Assembly: GCF_001194135.2 (NCBI RefSeq)
Contig: NC_068987.1
Coordinates: forward strand, 102,319,771 to 102,369,471
Direction of reading: 5' to 3'
Source of the DNA: Octopus bimaculoides
Lineage: Eukaryota
Length of the DNA: 49,701 nt
The notes below the pieces were generated by a model. It had not been told where the DNA came from, searched no databases, and was given only the letters and a program-made list of their open reading frames with translations. A program made the position numbers and the translations under genes. Of this stretch, positions 11,340 to 23,215 are shown one piece after another; the first letter of the stretch is position 1; each line of letters starts with the position of its first letter.

Positions 11340-11800
11340 TTCTAAGTTGTATACAGCTGATTGTATAAGTATGTTTTGTTATAGAATTTGGTTTGTTTTT
11401 TCCAGTAGTATCTTAGTATTTTGACTGTTGTGAAAATTACTAGTTATGCACTTTGTGGGGCAAGTGTTTATGGTACTTATGAGTAGTGTAAATGGTGTTA
11501 TGGATCTTCGTGTCGGCTGTTCATTATCTAAAAAGTATATGTTGTGTTATATTAATGGGTGTCTAATATGTAGAATGTAAATTGTGGAAATTACTGATTT
11601 TATAGTAACGAACGTGTAAGATTATGTTCCGCGAAATTACTCTTCATTGTTGATAGTCTACAATAACCTATGAATGACATGAATGTTGAGCTATTTTCTT
11701 CACTGGTAATTGTATAGAGCTTGTTTTGGACATATTACGAATTATTTGCGTTTCCATACCGGAGTGTAAATGTTTGTGAGGGAGGTGAATCGTGCCCAAA
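11340..11800 (-). mobile_element. Possible highly eroded Penelope-like RT fragment
   Basis: Minus-strand remnants WKR, INNEE, ISTIY and P*TLA occur in the expected Penelope RT/thumb order, but are heavily broken. Confidence 0.3.
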
Positions 11801-12076
11801 GTGAGGCTTGAAAACTTTTGCTTCTTTTTTTTCTCCTGAAGTCATATATAGTATTCTACTTTATTGATAATAGTGTTTTTTTTTATGTTCATACAAAAGT
11901 TCTACTTATTCATTTTTAAGATCTCTGCTCTTTGAAAGAAGGTTCCAACACTCTGAGAAATATTTTTGGTCAGGAAAGAATGAGATCTCTATCAGAAAAC
12001 AAACATTTCCTTCTCAATCGTTTGCCTTTACATTTATTACTTTTAGTTTCTTTATTATTATTACTGTTATCATCAA

Positions 12077-12290
12077 AGGGAGCGAGCTAGCAGAATCGTT
12101 AGCATACCAGACAAAGTGCATCCCGGTATTTCGTCTGCCGCTACATCTGATTTCAAATTCCGCCGAGGTTGACTTTGCCCTCCCTCCTTTCAGGGTCAAT
12201 AAAGTAAGTGCCAGTGAAGCACTGGGGTCGATATATTCAACTCCCCACCACCCACGCCTCCAAAAATTTCAGGTCTTTGTAGAAAGGATT
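12077..12290 (+). mobile_element. tRNA-derived SINE, family B, with (TTA)n tail
   Basis: GGAGCGAGCTAGCAGAATCGTTAGC ... TTCAAATTCCGCCGAGGTTGACTTTGCC ... GGGGTCGAT ... TTATTATT. Aligns with the adjacent copy at 12322. Confidence 0.85.
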
Positions 12291-12321
12291 ATTATTATTA
12301 TCATCATTGTTATCAACAAAT

Positions 12322-12532
12322 CAGCGAGCTTGCAGAATTGCTAGCGCGCCGGGCGAAATGCTTAGTCGTATTTCGTCAGTCTGCAGGTTCTGTTTTCGAA
12401 TGCAACCAGGGTCGACTTTGCCTTTCATCCTTTCGGGGTCGATAAATTAAGTGGCAGTTACGTACTGCGGTCGAAATAATCGACTAGTCCCCTCACCCAA
12501 AATTTAAGGCCTTGTGCTTTTAGTAGAAATGA
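12322..12532 (+). mobile_element. tRNA-derived SINE, family B (second head-to-tail copy)
   Basis: GCGAGCTTGCAGAATTGCTAGCGCGCCGGGCGAAATGCTTAG ... GTCGACTTTGCCTTTCATCCTTTCGGGGTCGATAAATTAAG. Confidence 0.85.
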
Positions 12533-12539
12533 TTGTTGT

Positions 12540-12571
12540 TGTTATTATTATTATTATTGTTATCATCATCA

Positions 12572-12623
<52 letters not shown>

Positions 12624-12636
12624 CATTATTATTATT
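12540..12636. repeat. (TTA)n microsatellite / SINE tail
   Basis: Direct reading. Confidence 0.95.
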
Positions 12637-12639
12637 TTT

Positions 12640-13163
12640 GCTGAGTGAGAGAGCAGTGACATTGGGGTAAAATGTACGAAACGTAGTTACCTATCATGAC
12701 TACGCGTCTGATAAGGGTACACCAGGCACATGCATCACAACCATATATGCGCGACATGGTGATCTCATATCAAGATTAACAGCACATGACCTTACAGATG
12801 GGGCCTAGTTAAAATTTTCTTCAGTTTGAGTAGCCTCCCGCTCAAAGGTCCCAACATAAGTGTTGTTTAAAGACGTTGAACGAAACACCCGTGTTTCCAA
12901 AGGTGAATGATCGAAACCCCTAAGAATTCCTCTCAACACATGGCTATGATACTCCTCCAATACTTTTGCTTGTAATCAGAGATGCATATATCGCTAGCCA
13001 CTAAGGCACATGCTCAAGTGGTTAAGGTCAAATAACCGCCAGGAAAATCCATGGTATTGAGCAGAATATTTGCTGTAGCCCATCTTTCATAACAAGACGA
13101 AACACTTCGAATCAGTTAAGATGAGAAGTCACGAAAGCCACTGCCTGGTATTGCATGAGAGCA
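12640..13163. repeat. Unclassified ~520-bp interspersed repeat bounded on both sides by (TTA)n
   Basis: Non-microsatellite block between two (TTA)n tracts. It resembles a common octopus repeat from memory; no ORF. Confidence 0.5.
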
Positions 13164-13210
<47 letters not shown>

Positions 13211-13213
13211 TTA

Positions 13214-13460
13214 TTCAGTAGTTTTATTTTTATAACGTGCTTTCACTTCACTACCGAGCGCAGCTCTGTGCGCATTGGGTATGTACTGTGGTTTGCTGTG
13301 GTGCTCTTATGTTTACTGTATTGAAAGTGTTTTGCATAGAANNNNNNNNNNTTTAATTGATCTTTACAGCCGTATGAGCCCTTGCAGCATCCCTTCTGCT
13401 CTTCTGGAAACAGGTTGTTATTTTCCAGGTGTTTACTCAATCTCTGCGATATTATTGCAG
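13214..13460 (-). mobile_element. R4/Dong-type LINE with (TAA)n at both ends; interior lost in a 10-N gap
   Basis: 13352-13460(-) encodes IISQRLSKHLENNNLFPEEQKGCCKGSYGCKDQL (RT N-terminal motif). 13214-13341(-) matches the ORF end and 3' UTR at 46532-46651 with about 7 mismatches over about 118 nt. Confidence 0.85.
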
Positions 13461-13461
13461 T

Positions 13462-13476
13462 ATTATTATTATTATG

Positions 13477-13563
<87 letters not shown>
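13462..13563. repeat. (ATT)n microsatellite
   Basis: Direct reading. Confidence 0.95.
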
Positions 13564-13565
<2 letters not shown>

Positions 13566-13639
13566 GTCGGAGAGTATGTCGAATCGTTGTTACGCCGAAC
13601 ACAATGTTTAGTGGCATGTGTTCTAGGCATACGCTCTGA

Positions 13640-14760
13640 GCACAAACTTCTCAGGGGTTGACTGCCTTTCTTCCTTTCGATATTGATCAAATGAACTCCT
13701 GTTGAGAACTGGCTCTATGTGTAGACTTACTATTTTCCTTATAATTACTGGTTTGGTGAAACCATCATTATTAATATTGGCATCAGCGTTCGTATTGTTG
13801 ATTCATAAGATAGGTATAATGTCTGAACAGGTAAGATGTAAGATGTAAAAAGCAATTTCGGCAGTATACGTAATTCATCACCTCTATAAATAGATCAAAG
13901 TTAATGTTCATGTTAATTGAGAAGCACATCGCTAAATACCATGAAGTAATAATACATGACATCATACAGGAGTATAAATTTCTCTTGTTAAAATTAGTTT
14001 ACTCGACGTGAGAGATTAATATGTAAATGGTTAGTTGTGCAATTTAACCCGCAAAGAATTTTCTGGGCGTTTTAAGACTTTTGCCAATCCACCGAGTTTG
14101 CTTTTATTATTTTATTAGGAAGAAACGGTTTACTAAAAAAGAGGTCGAGTAGAGGGATAGTCTAACCGCAAAACAATGTATAAATATTTCCGACAGTTGT
14201 TGTAAGTTCAGCCAGCATCATATCTGTTTTCCTATATATGGTTCCGCGTTCAGTATGACAAGTATTACAAATAACTTTTCTTCGAAGTAATATACTAATT
14301 CCCTTCTTAATAAACCGTTGCTTTGTGATATTGCAAGAAATCAATAGCTGATATTTTGTGAAAATCTTCCAATTCTAAGGAACTGGTCTTCTGAGCCAAT
14401 GGAGTCAAACATGTACGTTTCCAAGAAATGATATCTTAAAGTGAATATATTTTGAAGAAGCGAACTCCATTATTTTCTAACATTATTTTCTGTTTGAATG
14501 AACCTACTTAATATATTCATTATTTGAGTACTTTCAAATCTAACGCTTCTTAATTCGTACGAAAGGACAGTTTTGAAATTTCTATCATATGCATAAGAAT
14601 TTTTTTCCCGCAAGTATTTTATTTCCATAAAATATATTGATGTCACATTTGATACAAATGTTGTCGAAGAGGAAACTTGTCTTTTCTTTACTTTTTTTTC
14701 CTTTTCAAGGTTTAATTTTCTATCAGTCTCACCGATGTTAGCAATCATTTACTAATGTAG
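13640..14760 (-). mobile_element. Degenerate Penelope-like RT fragment
   Basis: ORF 14470-14748(-) has TFVSNVTSIY (similar to LVSFDVTSLY) and TENN. Then WKR, and ORF 14162-14344(-) has TIYRKTD (similar to TDIYxKxTD), in collinear order. Confidence 0.45.
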
Positions 14761-16409
14761 AAGATAAAAAAAAATGCAATTATCATATCTCACCCAAACT
14801 TTTGTGATATTCAAATGTCAATTCTTAACATTTAACAGTTCTTAATTTCTCCCTTTATGAACCTATAAACCATGTTCCATCATGATACTTACTGGATGAG
14901 GTAGCGATAATGCGCTCTCAGATACATTAAGTGTGAAGCAAAATTATGAGACGTTCAAAGATCATTTGCTTCAGGACGCCAGCTCTGTTGCGACAACGCA
15001 AAATTAGCAACATTAGTTACCAGAAAATAACGTTTGATTGTACACCATTTAATTGATTCAATGGAAATTTTATATACTTGTAATTTTTCGCAATTTTCAG
15101 AACAGCGCTCTATTCTGTGCTGTATTATTTCACTTAACTAACAGCAATTAGCGTACAATATCAGTAAAGACCTTGTGTTATTCTGTGTACTTTATTATCT
15201 GAAATATGTCTCTGTTATTATTTGACATTTAAACCAATGTGTTACACTTTCAGCTATTCACAAATTGGTCAAGCGCTACGATAAGGTACATTGGTTAAGA
15301 TGTTCGTGCTAACGCTACACAGTGCACTGGTCATATGTTATCTAGTGTCTGTTATTGTTCCCCGTTACTCTCAATGAAAATGTTGAAATTACTATTGTGC
15401 TTAATTATACTTAGCATTCTCAAGAAGCGCATATAAAAACAATCGTCAGTTAAATACTTTAGTACTGAAATTCATACACACGCACGAACTCACACACACA
15501 CACATACACACACCTGTAAATGTGAGTGTATGTCTATACACAAAAGTATGCGTATATGTATATATATATATGTTAATATGTATGTATGCACATACATGGT
15601 AGATACCATGCAGAAATAAAAGTAACACCTGTTAAGTGACGGGTGAACCCATCATAGGTTCATTGACTATCTAGCAATAACACGGAGACTTAGAAAAACA
15701 GGTTTGGTACCCGGCACGCTTCAAGGCAGCTTGGAGTGTGACACTCCACATTTTGTTAAAGAATGTGTCTTCGAGAAGGTCACAATGATATAAAACTGGA
15801 TATGTAGCGAATGGCATTGGACATGCTTTCGGATTTGTTTGTGTTGACGTGTTATTGTTTGAGAAAGTGACTTCGTCTCTTTACGTCTTAGTAACTCAGG
15901 GGTTTCGAAAAATAGACAGATACAAGAAGCAACAATTGATTGATCTAGACACGTAAAACAATACGTATGTTTGTGTGTATGTGTGCATAAAAGTTAGTAT
16001 TTATTTCCCACTTAAAGGACATGTTGTAAAGTGCATGTTGTATTAGAACACAAAATACAGTGTTATTAACTATAACAGGCCCTCTCACATACTTTTGCGG
16101 TTCATAAAAGCACTCTAGTTCATACTGCTAACAGTCGACAGCCGTCTGCTATGACTAACGATTTTGCCGTTCCTGAGGTTTGCAAATGAAAAACATTCCG
16201 CAAGGTATAGCGATATAAATACGAATGATTTTATGCACTACGAGTATATATGAGAGGTTCTGTGATGGTAAATAACGCAGTATTCTGTGCTCTAACTGAA
16301 CACTCTCGTTAAGTGGGAGATAGATATAACCTTTTGATATTGGTACTGTTTTGGTGGCTATTAATTGTGCGTGTGTTGAAATATAATCTATTTTCTTTAT
16401 CTTATCTTT

Positions 16410-16745
16410 TTATTCCTTTTACCTTTTACTTGTGTCAGTCATTTCACGGCGACCATGCTGGGGCACTGCCTTGATGGGTTTTAATCGAATAAATCGCACC
16501 TGCGGCTTATTTGATGAACCTTACTACTTATTCTAATGGTCTCTTTTGCCGAACCACTAAGTTACAGGGACATAAACACTTCGTTACCGGTTATCCATCG
16601 ATGGTGGAAGACAAGGACAGAAACAGAAACACAGTTTCCGTGTACCAGGTCCACTCGAAAGGGTTTGGTCGGCCCGAGACTATAGTAGAAACACTTGCCC
16701 AAGGAGCCACGCAGTGGGACTGATCCTGGAGTCATATGGTTGCGA
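16410..16745 (-). mobile_element. tRNA-derived SINE, family A, near full length
   Basis: The plus strand reads CCACTCGAAAGGGTTTGGTCGGCCCGAGACTATAGTAGAAACACTTGCCCAAGGAGCCACGCAGTGGGACTGATCC, the reverse complement of the family A head and body; the 3' body is at 16420-16600. Confidence 0.85.
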
Positions 16746-18140
16746 TAGATATAATATAATATGAATTATATTAGAAAATAAGTTACTAATAGCTTCCTGC
16801 CAATGAGACACATCGGAAAATTGTTATAACGATTCTTATTTATCAAAGCAGTCATAAATCTCTAGGAACATGTTTTTCTTTTTTTCTATTTCAAAACAGG
16901 ACAAACAGCTTTAGAATACTTTTAAAAAATAAGCACTAGGTTGGATCTATTCGAATGAACCGGTGAAAGCGATTCCCCAGCGTGGTATAATTGAATGTCT
17001 GAAAGCAGTAAATAAAAGAAGTTTACATATACCTAAAAGATTTTATATGTATACGTGCATGTATGTATGTATGTATGTATGTATGTATATATGTATGTAT
17101 GAATGTACGTATATATGTATGTATGTTTGAGTGTATATGTATGTATATATGTATGTATATTTGTAATATTCTGAACATTTTCTGCATCGCTACACGCGTT
17201 TCCACAAGTTACATGTCTCTTAAGATCACAGTTCGTATTACTAGGAGTTTTACAGTGCAGCCCGTAATATCCGTGGGCATGGGGTTGATCACCTTCGTGG
17301 ATTCATTTCTTCAGGCGATATAACATTAATGGATGTACAACAGAGGGGAGTTTATCCCTTTTTACTAGTATGAGGGTTAAGTGAGTTATATACATACATA
17401 CATACATACATACATGTTGGCAAAAAACTCGTGTTCGAATATTGCCATCGCTTGATCGAAAGTCCCACACATGCGAAAGTTACGACCAGCCATGTTTGTG
17501 ATAGGTCGTACTTTCCTTCAGGCAATGCCTGTGCATGATGATTTTTTCATAGTGTGGAAAGGATTTGCACAAATCCAATCCCACTCTCTGAACATGGACA
17601 ACATAACCCAAAAAGAAGGACTAGTCCACATTATCGAATATTTTCAGTGTAGCTCGTCTTCTCTCAGAGTTTTCCTCTCCTAGAGAGATGTTGTAACTAC
17701 AACAGAGGGCTAACCTCGAGCCTAGACACCAACCCAGGTATATGCACGTCCCTGCGTATTCAAACATGCATATATGCACTTGTATAGGTATTGTTGCATC
17801 GCCTTTGGCTGCTGACGAGCTCTTCCACTCTTTGACAGGTCTTATTGTTCATCCTGCAGGGTGTCCAACAATCATTCTCCTCACTAAGCAAGCCTGATGT
17901 GGATGCCAGTTTAACTGCCGAAGACCCGACCATGCAACAGGTTGTACTGAGTTACATTCAACCACTAGCACCCAACACTGAACTGACATACATACGTACG
18001 TACGTTTGTATGCATGTATGTACGGAGGTATGTACGTATACTTTTCGAAAAGATTGTAATATTTGGTAGTGAATGCACATTATTAGTTAGCCAAATTTGG
18101 TGTTGAAATTTCCCTTTTTATTATAATGAATATATAAAGA

Positions 18141-18300
18141 AGGTGAGCTGGTAGGCACCTTAGCACTCCTTAAAAAAAGCTTAGTGGCATCTTTCCCGGC
18201 TTTCCGTTCCCAGTTGAAATTCCACCGATTTTCGTTTTCATCCTTTCGGGAACGGTAAAATAATCACCAGCTGAACATCGGCTCGATGCAATCGACTACC
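18141..18300 (+). mobile_element. tRNA-derived SINE, family B, diverged
   Basis: GGTGAGCTGGTAGG...TTAGCAC ... GTTGAAATTCCACCG ... TTTCATCCTTTCGGG ... CGATGCAATCGACT. Aligns with the 12322 copy. Confidence 0.7.
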
Positions 18301-18676
18301 AAACTCGATACATCTTCAAAACTTGTATTTATTAATATAACAGATAGCAGTGTGTATATTTTAACATGCGTTTCCTTTTCTTTAATGTTTAAGTATTCTC
18401 TTTTCAGTCTGAAAATTAATGTGGTTTCCACTCGCTGTGTTTTATTAGGAAGCCAGTTGCTTAGATTAATCCATATGCTATGCACATCTAATAAACTCCT
18501 ACTATAAACTTTTGGGAAGTTTTAGTCATTCTTTTAATAAATACCCACACAAATAAGTTGTACCTATTCTCATGATAGACAGGTCTGATGTAAAAACGCT
18601 GAAAACGTTTATCTGTTTAAAATGCGTATGTGTGTGTGTGTGTATGTGTGTATGTCTGTGTGAACACGCATATATA

Positions 18677-18890
18677 AGATGGGACGCAGCAAAGTTCCTG
18701 GCTTTGGATAAAACAATATAGAGGAGGATCAGTTAATCATGATTTTATTCAATATATTTTACACTCAGATTCACACATTCATTGCAACGCTCCTTCAGTT
18801 TCACGAAGCCCCTGAAAAGAACTCGGATGCTTCGGCCTCCAACCAGGCCTGTCGCGATACCGTTAAAGCCAAGAACTTCTCAATATTTCG
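18677..18890 (-). mobile_element. Mariner-derived MITE (older copy of the 34074 element)
   Basis: Collinear with the reverse complement of 34074-34287 (AAAGTTCCTGGCTTT ... GAGGAGGATCAGTTAAT ... AAAGAACTCGGA ... TTAAAGCCAAGAACTT). Confidence 0.8.
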
Positions 18891-20001
18891 TTTGTGTATG
18901 CATATATATATATATTATATCATATATAAAGGTGTGTACCTGTGCGAGATTGTGTGTGTGTGTGTCGCGCACCCTTGTATAGTTGAGGAGTGGGTAATTA
19001 TGTAAATTTAGATAGTGTGCTAATAGCGGAAAATGTTATCATTCATGGGAAAGTTAGATCGAAACAGAATAGGATCTGTCAGGACTGATGCTGTTTTTCA
19101 TCCCCTACAAGCATTTACATTAAATTAACTTTTTGATGAAATGTATTATGTGTTACTTTATTTTCTTTGTTTATGTCGCTTACTCACTATTTATCTACCG
19201 TCAAATCCAACTAGTATANNNNNNNNNNNNNNNNNNNNNNNNNNNNNNNNNNNNNNNNNNNNNNNNNNNNNNNNNNNNNNNNNNNNNNNNNNNNNNNNNN
19301 NNNNNNNNNNNNNNNNNNNNNNNNNNNNNNNNNNNNNNNNNNNNNNNNNNNNNNNNNNNNNNNNNNNNNNNNNNNNNNNNNNNNNNNNNNNNNNNNNNNN
19401 NNNNNNNNNNNNNNNNNNNNNNNNNNNNNNNNNNNNNNNNNNNNNNNNNNNNNNNNNNNNNNNNNNNNNNNNNNNNNNNNNNNNNNNNNNNNNNNNNNNN
19501 NNNNNNNNNNNNNNNNNNNNNNNNNNNNNNNNNNNNNNNNNNNNNNNNNNNNNNNNNNNNNNNNNNNNNNNNNNNNNNNNNNNNNNNNNNNNNNNNNNNN
19601 NNNNNNNNNNNNNNNNNNNNNNNNNNNNNNNNNNNNNNNNNNNNNNNNNNNNNNNNNNNNNNNNNNNNNNNNNNNNNNNNNNNNNNNNNNNNNNNNNNNN
19701 NNNNNNNNNNNNNNNNNNNNNNNNNNNNNNNNNNNNNNNNNNNNNNNNNNNNNNNNNNNNNNNNNNNNNNNNNNNNNNNNNNNNNNNNNNNNNNNNNNNN
19801 NNNNNNNNNNNNNNNNNNNNNNNNNNNNNNNNNNNNNNNNNNNNNNNNNNNNNNNNNNNNNNNNNNNNNNNNNNNNNNNNNNNNNNNNNNNNNNNNNNNN
19901 NNNNNNNNNNNNNNNNNNNNNNNNNNNNNNNNNNNNNNNNNNNNNNNNNNNNNNNNNNNNNNNNNTATATATATATACACATATATATATTCTCTCTCTA
20001 T

Positions 20002-21040
20002 ATTGAAAATAACTGAAAGAGATATCTGGATGACTACTTCATTCTTTGACATGAAAGTATAGAGAGACTTAAAATGTTTCAAGTACTTATAAATGACATA
20101 AACATACAATTTACGATGGAATATAGCCATCAACAACTTCCATTGCTCGACATCCTCCTAGATAAATCCAACAACAAAATAGAAACAGTTATATACTATA
20201 AGTCCACAAACTCCAAGCAATAATTACCGTTCAACTGATGCCATCCTAGACACATTAGAATGAATATTCCCTTCAACTTGGCAAAATGGATGTGTACTAT
20301 AGTTTCTAATACAAACACCAGGGATACACGGCTATATGAACTAAAGGATACACTCGTCAGCAGGAACTACCCACCATCACTAATTGATATAGGCTTTCAA
20401 CGTGCCCTACAACTCAACATCCACAAACTAAGACATCCCAAACTACCACACATCTCCACACACAAACCCTTTACAATGAAGCCTTCGACACCATCCTCCA
20501 TAATATTCCTGTCTAAAAAGCGACTGCAGGATTAATTTAAACCTCCAAACGCACACCATCATAAAGAGCAAATGACAACCCGAGTCTATGAAAAGTCTCC
20601 TAACACAAGCCCAAATACACTCAGCAACAACACTGAAGCCATCAGTAAAACAAAAGCGGATGACCTAACTGTGGTATATGCGACAACCTAATTGGAGCTC
20701 TCCTTCAAACAAAATTAACGTTTTACAGTAAAAAACAACTTCTCATGTTCTTCGGAAAACCTAATGTACGTATTAATATGCTGAAGGTGTCAAGAGCAAT
20801 ACATACGCCAAACCAAAAAGAGTCTACGCCAAAGGATGATCCTACATAGATCCCAGATTAAAATGTGGTAATACAGAAAAATAGCATTCAACGAACACAT
20901 CGACATTTGCGCCAGTAACGAACAACCTAAATTCAGATATTTTATGCGTATAATTTCAGAGGCGATTCAACCTATAATCAGTGCATTAACAAAGACTCAT
21001 ATTTTATCGCACATTATTAACCGCTTTTGAATTCTTCCAC
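20002..21040 (+). mobile_element. Penelope-like element relic (RT catalytic site, thumb, GIY-YIG endonuclease)
   Basis: One frame from 20002: IENN*KRYLDDYFIL*...IQFTMEYSHQQLPLLDILL...IYYKSTNSKQ*LPFN*CHPRHIRMNIPFNLA...RNYPPSLI (YLDD at 20023-20034). Then NFSCSSENLMYVLIC*RCQEQYIRQTKKSLRQRMILHRSQI at about 20731-20865. Confidence 0.9.
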
Positions 21041-21597
21041 AGGGCTTTAGAATAATACTCACGCAAATATTAAAATGATATATTCAGAACAGTCACTAGC
21101 CATGAATTTATTCAGAACAATTCCAATCACTATAACTACAACAAGTCTCTTTCAGGTCACTTGACCATTTAAGAGGAGTCCACCAACAACCTATTACTGT
21201 CATACAACTCTCGTCTTTTTCTTATTCTTTCTCTTTTACTTCCTCTTCTTCTTCGCGGTCTCCTTCCCCAGCTACTGCTGCTTAAACAATCAAAACATAG
21301 AAACCTCATCACTCATATATCAAATATTTCTTTAGATTTGCTACTACCTCCCGAGCATTCACAAAAGTAAACGAGAGACAGAGAGAAAGGAAAGTGTCTT
21401 ATGTATTCGAAAACTATGAAAATATTAAAAAAAAAATTTCATTTAATTTTTCCACAATTTAACTCTGTTTCTTGCTTTACCCTGAGTTGAAAAAGTCGCA
21501 AAGACTGAAACCGTTACTAAAATGTTCTTCATGACAAAATATTTTTCTACCTTGTCCCATTTTCCTTATGAGCATACGTGTGTGTGTGTGTATGTGT

Positions 21598-21634
<37 letters not shown>

Positions 21635-22271
21635 TGTGTGTGTATGTGTGTGTGTATGTGTGTGTGTATATGTGGGTGTGTGCATGTGTGTGCATGTGTG
21701 CCTGTGTGGGCGCGCGTGCGATTTTATGCATGTACGTTTTATATCTATATACACTCAGAACACATTCGCACACAAATGCACACGCATACGTACTCATATG
21801 TGAAGTGCGAACGTGTGTGTGTGCGTATGCAGGCGTGTATGCGTGTGTATGCGGGATTGTGTGCATGTGTGTGTGTGTATAAGTACATAAGTCTTTTCCT
21901 GTCCGTTAAGAGGTATTTTGTATTTATTCACTCGCTAATATTCATCCCACTGAGTATATTTTCATTCATTTACATCGTCTTTCAACGTGATTTTTCATGT
22001 CTACATACGTTTCATTTTCTATTAATACGTCCATAAATATATCGTCGAATCCACTCAATTTTTCCCTATCTGTCTCTCTTTCCTCTCTTCTCGTTATCCC
22101 TCTCTTGTTCTTTACCTCTGTACACCTGAATCCATTTTGCGTTTTGTCTTTCCTTACATATGGCACAGTTCTGTCTCGTTTCCCTAAATCCACGCTCTGT
22201 AAATGTGCATATCACTATCACGTTACTACCATTACTATATCACCTTACTTTTCTGATTACGTTAGCTTTTA

Positions 22272-22309
<38 letters not shown>

Positions 22310-22360
22310 NNNNNNNNNNNNNNNNNNNNNNNNNNNNNNNNNNNNNNNNNNNNNNNNNNN

Positions 22361-22398
<38 letters not shown>

Positions 22399-22772
22399 TC
22401 TTTGTAAAATTCAACAATAGCGCTTCATGTTGCTCATTAGATTTGAAAATATCATTGAAAGACAGTTGCAGTATAGTAGAGAAAAAATGCCAATGCGTGC
22501 ATATTTATGTTTCTTTGCAGTAGGTCACAGCACTGAAATGTGTATTCCATTTGTGACTTTAAGTACGAAGCATGACTTTCGGTCATTTCAATTTTAATGT
22601 ACACCAGCTCTCACAAATCTGTACCCACTAACTAAGAAGAGACATATTTGTTGGCGTATGTGTGTACATGAGTATGCGTGTATTTTTATACATTTATATA
22701 TGCATATATACGTAGTTTTGATAAATATGATATATTACCTTCATACATTACATGTACACATGTACTCACGCT

Positions 22773-22809
<37 letters not shown>

Positions 22810-22864
22810 GCGTGTGTGCGTTTGTATGTACGATTTATACACATATATATATAGTAAATCCCCG

Positions 22865-23040
22865 AAAGAAGAACAGACACACAAAAAAACAACAACGCAA
22901 GGTCGTGGTGCATTTAAAGTATTAGCAGACGCTCAGGGAAGGAAAGAAAGACGGTTTAACGTTTCGAGCAGACGCTCTTCTTCGGAAACAGAGGAAAGTC
23001 TAATAGAAGGGAAGACGGAGGAAGAAAATCGCCAACGACT
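22865..23040 (-). repeat. Probable Penelope terminal-repeat (pLTR-like) sequence with a minimal hammerhead relic at 22954-22989
   Basis: Minus strand: GTTT CCGAAGA A GAG-cgtctg-CTC GAAACGT T AAAC. Homologous to 24399-24480 in the opposite orientation. Confidence 0.55.
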
Positions 23041-23110
23041 CATATGTGGTTTTATTTTGAAATTACATATATATATACGCAAACACATATACATATATAT
23101 GTGTGTGTGT

Positions 23111-23215
23111 GCGTGTGCTGTACGTGCGTGTGGTGTGTGTGCGTGTGGTGTGTGTGCGTGTGGTGTGCGTGCGTGTGGTGTGTGTGCGTGTGGTGTGTTT
23201 GCGTGTGGTGTGTGT
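23111..23215. repeat. 15-bp minisatellite (GCGTGTGGTGTGTGT) x7
   Basis: Direct reading; a few substitutions per unit. Confidence 0.9.
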
